Assembly (NCBI GenBank): GCA_977030845.1
Contig: OZ365109.1
Coordinates: 53,134,001-53,198,000, forward strand
From: Fimbriosthenelais zetlandica
Lineage: Eukaryota
Length of the DNA stretch: 64,000 nt
Direction of reading: 5' to 3'
Shown here: in pieces, positions 55,101 to 64,000 of the stretch
Position numbering within the stretch: the stretch's first letter is position 1
Layout of the letters: the number at the start of each line of letters is the position of its first letter
The notes under the pieces: generated by a model
The model's input: the letters and a program-made list of their open reading frames with translations, nothing else
Databases searched by the model: none
What the model was told of the DNA's origin: nothing
Made by a program: the position numbers and the translations under genes

Positions 55101-55793
55101 GATGGACAGAGAAAACAACAGGAGAAGCAAACGTGGAAGGTTAAACTAACAGAGGGGAATTTCCATTGACATAACCCCGAAACGCTTATTCCATGCGCGT
55201 TCTCCACACTTCCCATCATCGACTACCCAGTGTACATCCCGCTGCAGATCAATCCAGACACCCCCACCCTGTAAATTCCATACCATGGAGGAATTATATC
55301 GCGTAAACAGGACCACAGCATGCTCCCATGTACAATGACATTCTGTTTGCCCTATAGGACACCTATTAGTCCATGCCATTATCCAAGATGCTCTCGGTAC
55401 AGTTACAACTTGCCCTTTGCGCATGCGCCCACTTCTTCTAGGCATGCGCAGCTGATGGGACTCATCATATGCATATTTATGTTAGGCACATTTATCAGAC
55501 CAGGGAAAGCATATTGAAATATCTGATAAGGGAAAATATTCAGAATATTTGCCAAAGCAGGTCCTGTTTTTGGCTGGCATATCTTTGTATAATTCAGTGG
55601 GTTTTTATGGAATCTTATGACAATGAAGTTTAGGCCTACTTCCTGGCTCTTCTTTATTCAGTTTAGAAAATAATCATACTTACTTGTTAAAAAGTACTAT
55701 ATCTGGTTTCCAGACTTTATGTGGAAGAATACGGATTGTTGTAATTGACCCATATTCAATGGGATCCCAGGTCAGCTGATAGTCTCTCCATAA
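33972..55793 (-). CDS. nAChRbeta1: Nicotinic acetylcholine receptor non-alpha subunit, invertebrate beta1-like; 5'-partial, join(55684..55793, 51911..52910, 33972..34136)
   Basis: The three exons splice in frame (110+1000+165 = 1275 nt, phases 0/2/0). The protein has KVWKPDIVLFNN-ADG, the Cys-loop CTIDVQYFPFDQQEC, loop B GSWTFNG and no vicinal Cys-Cys in loop C, so it is non-alpha. It has four TM helices, M2 GEKMTMCISILLALVVFLLLVSKILPP (cation-selective GEK, Lys at 20'), and a C-terminus RLQLYLF...GTVGILINAPHIFEYVDQD closely resembling arthropod beta1 as recalled. The symbol denotes the orthogroup by motif recognition, not by a search. Confidence 0.93.
35010..35350 (-). mobile_element. Degenerate CR1/L2-like RT relic
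   Basis: ORF 35069..35350 has RLRREGH (~GFRRGHS), IIIDLQGMSKDF (~FLDLSKAFD) and PGFTLSVLNLI (~GFxxxxLxWI) in the expected order. Weak by-eye match. Confidence 0.3.
37870..37905. repeat. Imperfect (TA)n microsatellite
   Basis: gatatatatatatagatagttatatatagatatatt. Confidence 0.75.
38650..39200 (-). mobile_element. Degenerate LINE RT relic (domains 0-2)
   Basis: ORF 38958..39200 FFDILSDRSLPSLARLVPLYQPDTKN (~LFNxILxxGxFPxxWKxARIVPIYKKGDK) is followed by ORF 38676..38921 EMNGILP..GRR..IEHIYSF..LDIIFNAFH (~ExNGILxxxQxGFRxGRSxxDHIFxL...DFxKAFD). Confidence 0.4.
43560..43740 (+). mobile_element. Degenerate L1/Tx1-like ORF2 post-RT relic
   Basis: The frame from 43563 reads LSRLIPTYMNSM...LDLRP*EGGL, resembling L1 'SIPxYxMS...LCxPKxEGGLG'. 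Two in-frame stops. Confidence 0.3.
44240..44340. repeat. Polypyrimidine (CT/CCTTT) tract
   Basis: ttcccctctcctctc...cctttcctttcctttccctcctttcctttcctctcctctctctccccctctccct. Confidence 0.8.
46430..46900 (-). mobile_element. Degenerate CR1/L2-like RT relic
   Basis: SKAALYAEDIKIYECI (YAED at 46707-46718, ~LYADDTKIYRxI), with a downstream CVRDL (46433-46453, ~xxRDLGV) at a plausible distance. Confidence 0.4.
48800..49130. promoter_or_regulatory. Intronic promoter-like CpG-rich motif cluster
   Basis: TGACGT 48811, TTCCCGC 48816, ACCGGAA 48830, TTTCCGGT 48857, ATTGG 48888, ATGACGTC 49051, CACGCGTG 49098, CCAAT 49122. Motif content only. Confidence 0.3.
49229..49270 (+). repeat. G-rich tract with G-quadruplex potential
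   Basis: ggtggggagggggg ttgggaaggggaaggggaggggg: six G3+ runs. Confidence 0.7.
51911..52910 (-). CDS. nAChRbeta1: nAChR large 1000-bp exon: ADG...Cys-loop, loops B/F/C, M1-M3, MX helix, cytoplasmic loop, MA helix (...KNEDDYAE)
   Basis: Corresponds to ORF 51854..52891. Acceptor tctctttcag|TGCTGATGGA and donor GCTGAG|gtgagt. The ORF tail VSTKYFIDSLHIFLSRVV is intron read-through. Confidence 0.97.
52911..55683 (-). other. 2.77-kb phase-2 GT-AG intron splitting the Asn codon of NN|ADG
   Basis: gtaagt donor and ctttcag acceptor; AA|T reconstitutes Asn. Confidence 0.93.
55684..55793 (-). CDS. nAChRbeta1: nAChR internal 110-bp exon (LWRDYQLTWDPIEYGSITTIRILPHKVWKPDIVLFN+)
   Basis: Minus-strand acceptor ttttcag|TTATGG and donor AACAA|gtaagt. 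The 110-bp size and loop A content are characteristic of nAChR genes. Too short to appear in the ORF track. Confidence 0.95.
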
Positions 55794-58700
55794 CTGAAAA
55801 GAGAAAAAGACGCAAAGGTTTATTCAACGCAGCAAACTTCCTTCAAACCGAATTTGCTAAAACCCCAACTACAGTGCGAACTACTGATGTTGATGTGTTA
55901 CTTAAGTCACTATGGACATAGTGACTTAAGTAATATTGGTATAAGAGCAGAAAACGGTACAGAAATAAACAAAATGCTTGGTGAAAGAAGGGAAATAATG
56001 GCCAAGAAGACAAAATAAAGTGTTATGATTATGTATGAAATTCGTATAATAAAAACAAGTTGCATATATGTCTAGGTGTGTTGACAGCACCAGTTTCCCT
56101 TTTGACTTTGTCAATAGAAGTACGCTGGAGGAAGATAAGATAAAAAAATAATTTTCTTCTGGTGTGAGGATGGTGAGAGTGGCCTATGTAGGTTGCTAGG
56201 TTCCCATGGGAAAGGGGAAAAACTGAGAAGTGCCTCCAGTTGTATGGAATGGATGTCTATCAGGAGGACGAGGGTGCCGGGTCTGAAGAAATCCTAGGGC
56301 TGAAGGATATAGATAAGAACAATGCTCCATCGCGAGGGATCTCCAAGGGTAAAGTGATAAAGTAATCAACATCCACTAAATCCCTATAACATAGCACTAA
56401 GGATCTTCATTTAGATCTTATTATCTTCTGAGTCAAGTGCAACTTAATTTCACAGGAGAAAATGGGGTGGAGTATCAATATATATCTCGATGAAAAATGG
56501 TTGTTTGTTAACATATTCCTTAGAGCCTCTCTGACTATATACATGTATACAGTGCATTGGCGTCATTATGCTGAATAGGTATTCAGAGAACCTTTTTCTC
56601 AAGATGTCATCTTCGTCATCTACGATTTTAAATGACAAACTTCCTAATTCCTTTGGGGGATGGCATATTGCAAGAGTCCCTCAGTAATCACTCATGGCAG
56701 ATATCACTCTTCTTCCGACTATAATTAATTTCTGACATGAGTGACAATGCAACATACCCTGATGATATTAGCTCCATCACTCCTCTTTCTACTTATAACA
56801 ACATTATTGTGATGGTTGTAACCTTGGGCTATAACATCCCTGCCTCTCAGGGCCATGATATCCATTTTTATATATGGTTTTATTTTAGAAAATGTATATG
56901 AAATCTTGATTAAAAAGACTGCAGTTACGATTAACCAAACCAAGACAAGAATGTACAATCCTAAAGGTGTAGTTTTGTTCTTTAAAAAGGACCCTAGGGT
57001 CAACTGATAACACATCGCCTAAATCACATCATCCCAACTAAAGCCCATAAAAACCAGTAGAGGCTTTCTCGAGACGCAGCTTGATGGATGACCATCAAGC
57101 GAGCAGGATACAATGGGGGCATGAGACCTTGAAGCTCTTCCTGCCCTGACACCGCTGACGGGCCTTACCCAAGAGCATGACAATATACATCTTGTCATGC
57201 CATATTTTATAACAAGTTTATAGCCAGGACTGTCTTGCTCTCCTCCTCCTTTCCCCCACTCCCATACTCCTCCTGCTTCTTGCCACCATTACCACCACCG
57301 CTGCCAATGCATGGGTGAAGTAGGTCAAATGTTTTTTTATAGTGTTTTCGCTCACAACACTAACGCTTTTCCTGACAGGATGCATAATATAGATGGAAAG
57401 ATCCTTTATGTTTTCATTCATTCCTGTCTTTCCTTTGATTGTCCTGACTGCCACATGCATAGAATCATCTGGTCCAAGGCGCCAACATGCGGTATCCAAG
57501 CTTTCACCAAGTTGGAAAAGAAAACTGACTCAATTATTATCTGTGGAAGTATGATATGATTAATTCACTTGCAGAATGGAACAAAATAAGCATATCAAAT
57601 GTAGCCTGGAGATTGGAAAATGATACCAGATTCATGAGTGAAATCTGAGGTAATAGACATACAGTATGAATACATTGTATTGCCTTATAACATTGCATTC
57701 CCTCATCTATGGCGCCACTGTGGCAGACTGCACTCAGAAGAGACCTTCAATTTACACTCTGGCTGATAATGGCCGTCCCCATGGATGCTGATAGCCATCA
57801 AATGTTCCCCATGGTTTCCTCTCAAATCATGACAATAATACCCAACTCCCCGAGTCTTTAAACCCTGTGTAAGGTTCGGGTCTTCAATGGGGATTATCCT
57901 TCTGGCACAAAGCACTGAAGTACTATCAAGAAGACCAGGTCATAGTCCAAGATCTCTCCATCATATTGTCATCAATGTGGTACTGCAAGAATCTAGAGTA
58001 ATGTTCACCTCTATATTCTAAGATAATTTTTATTTCAATGGAAAAAATTGCTTTTCACCTCAAAATTCAAAGTTAGAATCTTGAGACGATAATGTATACT
58101 ATACGTTAGTTCTATGGCAATGATAGGCCTATGTTCAACTCAAAATTAAGATGAAACGTACAACATTTGAGTTGGCTTTCACATACAAATAAACAAAATA
58201 GCAAGTAATTCCATATTTTGCACCAAAATGATCTAATCTGACCTAGTGCAATGGTTTCAGACTGCCATACATAATACAAAGCCTGTGAGGCTGACTCACG
58301 AAATGATACCATAAGAGCATTTAAGATATCATGACTGAATCCGATTCATCATTTAGTAGGTACATTGCATAAGTAATTGTTGGCACGGGACATCTCGCCC
58401 CAAAAGCATGGCTTTGTCATCAAACAGGCTGCATGATAAACACAGCTGACGCATATACATTCCTATACACGGCTATACAAATGTCCTTCTTTGAAATAAT
58501 GTTGTACTGTAATCCTTTTAAATATCTTCTAAAATGTATGCTGTTCATATAGGCCTATATATTAGTTATTTCATGCTTTCAATGCAAGATTTATTTCACT
58601 AAATGCTGAACCGTGACTCTACAGTAATTTGACGCCATCTTGGATGTGTTTGTAATGACTTGGAAATTATGGGATATACTCTCACATCCACTACCGGTCG

Positions 58701-61700
58701 TGAACCTTTGAACAAAGATCCACATGACTTCTTCGTAATTATATAGTGCTTTAGTTTTTTCTCCACATAGTCAGCATTCACATTTTCTACCCGAGGGAAC
58801 AATAATTTGGTAGAATATGGCAGAGCTATCTTTCAAATGAACACTAGATTACATGAGAAATACATTATTCACTGCATGGTTTGACTGATGGCGAATTCGG
58901 ACCACATTTGATCTGTCACTTGTCAATGATGACAGCACACACATTATTGTAATTATACAGAAAATTACATAAGAAATGCCATCCATTGATAATAGACTGG
59001 CATCCCGATACTGAAGCTGAAATGGCTCAGCCTAATTGTCATATAATTGTAGCACTAGAAGTGTGGGCGTGTATACAAATAAGGGTTGGAAGCACAAGAT
59101 GGGTTCACTTATTATCTTCGGTACATTTAATGTCAGGGATATGATGGGTGAAGGCTAGTAGTTTTTGCTAGAGTAGCTAGAGCTGTTGCTATTTGACAAT
59201 GCTTAGGAATAATGCTCTGCTAGGACTTGTGATGGATGTCTGAGTGATATGCTGACACTGACAGTCATCCTACATATATCTTCTCAATCTATCAAGACTA
59301 GACAACACAATAGGCTGGTTTTACAACACTAGTTCCCACTAGATCCGAAGGTGTCACTAGAGGTGTGACAGCACTTCCTTTGACATTAGTACTTCCGTTG
59401 TCAGCAGGCCAGCAAGGTGTAATCATAGAAGTAGAAAAGACTTCTATGGTGTAATCATGGGTTTCTGTTGACAGAAAATCTAATACTGTTTATATTCCAT
59501 GAAATTTCATATATATATGCCTATATAGATTGAGTTCTCTATACATGTAAGTCTAGGTATTGGTTGTTATTATTTATAACAAGTGACTTGAGACCAAAAC
59601 ATCCTAGTTCTAACATCGGCATAATATATATTACCATATACTTATATATATGCCGAATGGACCCAAGGTCATTCTGATATGGCCATAATATTCACAGCTT
59701 TCACAAAATAGCCCTCGTACATTTTGAACTTATTAACGTCCATTATGAAACCAACAGCACTACAGACAGTTTTGTTCGCATGTGCAGTTGGGTTGTCAGA
59801 CAAATTGAAATTCGTAGTGACACCAGTCTCTATTTTGATATTTTTTCTGATATAATGTACTGGGACTACACTATACAGAATGGTGTTTTTCAGTTTACGC
59901 CTCCGGCTTTTCATTAACGATCATTTTGTCCCTCATTAAATCCATCCAATCATCAAATCAAAATTAAGTTACTAATTTTCAGCACAATCAATACCGATTC
60001 CTCAAGCTGATACCAATTTTATCTTTTCCTCAACCACTTTCTCACACCTCTCCCACTTTTGATTAAGTATCGATTTTCGAATTGTCTGATGAATGCACCA
60101 ACTGAAATGCACATAATAGAATACCAAAGAAGTCAAAGATGGCTGATGGAAGTCTGTATATTATATTGACAAGTACAAACAATTTGTGGCTATGGTTTTT
60201 GCTCTAACCAATCGCTGTACGTGTGATATGACTACTGCGCTTGTATTATAGGGATGTGGGGTATTCTGTGACTGGGACTGGGAGATTAAATATGGACAGG
60301 GGATTGGGGCTGGTTGGTGGCCACATGTGTATTGATCACAGCTAATATGGATGGTACTGGTATATAGAACGGTGGGAGGTATTTTATGCCAATCCTTCCA
60401 GACTGATTATATTGATCAATTAGCAGGCTATGATCAATTTAGTTTCATACCTGCACCATAATCATGCACTATATATATATACGGTTTACTGAAGTGTTTT
60501 TTTTCTGCCTATTCTTTCAGTACTAGATGAAATAAATATTCAACAGATTTGTTTTCTATTTTTAGAGGAATGTGGATGAAACAACGAAGAGCATGATGAG
60601 GTGAGTATTATTGTTGGTCTGAGTAACAGATTTTTCAAGACGGTGATGATTCAGAAAATATTTACCGATTAATATTTACCAAAGGTGAACTCCCGATAAT
60701 CATTGGCATGGATTTCATCATTCTTTTTGTATATATAAATTAGGTTACCTAACTGTGATCAGGCTATTTCCTGATGACCACTTTATTAGTGTTTGCTGTA
60801 TTGTCTGTAAATAGTTGGAGCGAAATAATGAAGGATACACGGGCTGTCAGTAGTTTTCACCTTTCCCTTGGTAAAAAGAAACAGAAGCAAAAACAAAAAG
60901 AATCGATTCTTTCATGACAAAAAATCTTCAAAGACAGGAAGATCGAAATATTGCAATTTCCTTAATTCAGTAATCTTTGCTTTTATGAACCGAAGTCATT
61001 TAAAGCTTATAATATGAATGATTTCCGTGTCTATATTTGCCAATTTAAATGTTAAGTTTCATGTGTGAGAGAAGTAGAAAGCACTTTAAACTAACTTTTC
61101 CAGGGGAACAATTCAATTTGGGGAAAAACAGGTCAATTGTTGGGAAACTAAGATTTTGAAAAACGTGACGTGTTTGTGTGGGTCCTGGAGCCTTCATGCC
61201 CAGTTAGAGGTGTTTCAAGGAGTGCCAAAGGCAGCAAATCAATGAAATCAACCCACACAACGTGTGAAAGGATGCTTGGATGCTTCTACAACATTACAAA
61301 ACCACAAAGCTTTCATTGGCACTGATAGTAATGTGCATTTTGGCACCGGAGCATGAACCGGGCTGGGATAGAGCTGGGGTTTTTGGCTTAAGTGAGGGGC
61401 AGTCCATCATGACACTTCTGATAACGTGACTGATTGGAAACTAAAAGAGGCAAACGATCTAACTTCGCTTTGAACAGATTGAGAGGCTAGAGACCATCCC
61501 TGCCAAGCCTGGCCATTCTGAGGTCGATGCAAACAGCAAATGTCACAGGTCTATAATGGTGGAAGGATCGCACTGGGTCAATAGGTCAATCATTGTTTAA
61601 ATCAATAATATAGTCCGACAGTTATTCAAATGTGTCCATCAATCAACTATTTTTGTAAATTCTTCACCATGGGGCTCTTAATCCATCGACAACGGCTGTT

Positions 61701-64000
61701 CATTTCTTACACTGTTAGAAAACCTGTTAAAACTAAGTGACCGCCATTTAAAAACACGCAATGTCACGTAGAATTCACATACCTAATTTAGCTAAGTGAA
61801 ATTCTATTGTTCTCGGGGCGCATCTCTTAGCCCAATTTCGGCCATTTAAAATTACACTTATGTCAATTGAAATTCAATGGCATTTCCTTGAATACTTGGC
61901 CTTCAATTAATTCAAACAAACCTCAGGCTATGAATGCTACCCTACCTCATTAGCATAAGCCCCCCCCCCCGCCCCCCACCTGCCGGCCTCACCCCGCATA
62001 GGAGATTACAGCTAGTGTGGGCTGAGTTCACAACTGATGACCAAGTCCCACAAGCCCAGTTTTAGATGTGAAAAGCATAGTCAATTACATTGATTCACAC
62101 TTTTGGGTATGTGAATGATGTGCGAAATATATATTAACATGACTATAGAATAGAGGATATAGCTAGGTGTGGGGCGAAATATGGGTCGCCCGTAATGTGC
62201 GAATTTGGGGTTAAGCTTTAATACAAGTTATTAGGTTATCACGGCCAATATCTTCCAATAATTTTGAGTAATAAGTATTTTACTGTCCATAAAATGTCGT
62301 TTAACCAGTGCAATGGATTTATAGAATCAATTACTCCTTTAATTAAATCGAAATTTATGATTAGTTACACTAATGATACGGGTGAAAACAAGACAAAGAT
62401 TGGAGGAGGGATTAATATGACACCATAATATTAGCTCCGCACCAAATATTGAGTCCTGGTCGTCTATTGGCTAAGCCTACAGAAAAATGATTTCCCTTTA
62501 AAATATAATGATCATACACGGGTGTTATACAAAATTAAATATTGCCTTTAAACCCGAGAAAATTGAGTATCTGCAAAGATGTTCCGTGTGTTTAATGTCG
62601 CTAATACTATAATTTAACCTTTATTCACCTCGGCGCTTCGAACGGCCATTTTCGAAATCGAACAGTTACAGCATGATATCATGCCTACTTCAATGCGAAA
62701 CTCATTCGTCATAACAGGTAAGTTTAAAAGAATATTTACTTTATTTGTGACCACATGTCCATAAAGTACCTTGATAAAATATCTACATTTGATGGCAAGT
62801 AATGAGGGATTATTGTCCAAGGGGGGTTGAATCCGATTGACCAGACAGGGCGAAGGGCGGCCATGATGCCCGACAGACAGCCGGCTATATGGCTGACCAG
62901 ACCCCGTAAACCTACTGGTCAAGGGCGTCCCTTTATCCCCTTAAACTCGCGGCATCAATGTATCAATTTAAGCTTTCTCACTTTTAATTTATAGCCCCAT
63001 TTCATACATATTTCAATATCGACCTGTTATATGTTCCAGCCTCAAGAGAAGTTGCAAGGAATGTACATAAGTGGTATGAATATTCTTCTTGATGACTGCA
63101 CATAACATGGTAAGTTGTTTGTTTTGACTTCTTTAAAACAGTTGTGAATTTACCTATGTGGAAATGGATTGAGTAAACCGCTTAGCAAGAAGTTCACTGT
63201 TTGTTTTGTTGGTAATTCTGGGGAATTTCTTACCTTTAATAATGTTCACATTTATTTGAGGTCATCAAAGGTACTTTTGAAGTATGTAAAAAGGTGTTAA
63301 TAAGTATTGGTGAATAATTAGGTCACGATACCACCTGTTACCATATGTTAACCCCCACCCATTTTGGAGGTGAGGCTTTCAATGTAAGGTGTGAGGGGAA
63401 AATGCTTACTGTTAAATCCATATCCATCCATAGTCCATTTTTGTAAAAATGTTATGAATATATATGAATTAGTAAGGCGACTTTCCAGACAAATTACTTA
63501 CACTTGTGTTCTTATTTCTATTATTTTAATTCAGATTAACGGTACGTATGTTTCGATGGTATCCAAAGTGTGATGTCAATTCAATGGGCATCACTCATCA
63601 AGAAGGCACTGACACACATTACAGCGGTTACAGGTTAGTATATATTTGCTAATGATTCATTGACCAACATTATATTGATTAGACATATTAATCATTATTA
63701 TTCCCAAAGTTCTGAACCTTTTTTATTAAGATTAATATATTGTGTTATAACACCTCGTTTATTGTCTTTACAGTCCTCATGTAAAGGAAAGAATTCATCC
63801 CACACAAATCATTTGAAATGAGGCTGACCAAATCTGGAATACATCAAGTCGCCATGTACCACATGCTATTGGAATACCGTATGTATGGATATGTAAATGG
63901 CTAAAATTCGACGCGATTGGCACCTCAACACAACCTTAAAATCGTTGGAGACATATTGTGCATGAGGACATGAGACACAGATCTGTTTAAAAAGAGACAC

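Noticed and set aside
34137-55683. Search for duplicated or mutually exclusive nAChR exons or editing-complementary sequences in the introns
   Set aside because: No second copy of any receptor exon and no long exon-complementary stretch seen by eye; a self-BLAST would be needed to exclude short ones.
60566-60600. Plus-strand RNVDETTKSMM resembling nAChR VDEKNQIM
   Set aside because: Wrong strand, wrong length (35 vs 45 bp) and lacks NVW; treated only as a possible antisense exon.
61709-61725. TA-CACTGTTAGAAA resembling an EnSpm/CACTA-type terminus
   Set aside because: No matching inverted end found in the window.

Overview
Eukaryotic (metazoan) genomic DNA, mostly non-coding and AT-rich. 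Frequent TACATGTA/TAGGCCTA words suggest an echinoderm-like invertebrate deuterostome; this is an inference. The only well-supported gene is the 3' part of a non-alpha nicotinic acetylcholine receptor subunit on the minus strand, of the invertebrate beta1 / 'AChR subunit beta-like 1' type. Three coding exons (55684-55793, 51911-52910, 33972-34136) have canonical GT-AG sites and join in frame to 1275 nt (424 aa plus stop). The 5' exons, including the expected 45-bp exon, were not found and probably lie beyond 64000. The rest contains a ~1.6-kb TIR DNA-transposon-like element with foldback structure (19890-21484), a degenerate ~45-bp minisatellite, many purine/pyrimidine low-complexity tracts, several short and extremely diverged LINE/Gypsy-like protein relics, and a few transcription-factor motif clusters. 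Most ORFs in the supplied track look spurious. I found no rRNA, tRNA or CRISPR and no clearly novel multi-gene system. The best leads are a possible UGA-C readthrough extension of the receptor, its vertebrate-neuronal-type exon layout, exon-like antisense segments, and the odd frame-preserved but catalytically dead retroelement-like blocks, which may be artefactual.
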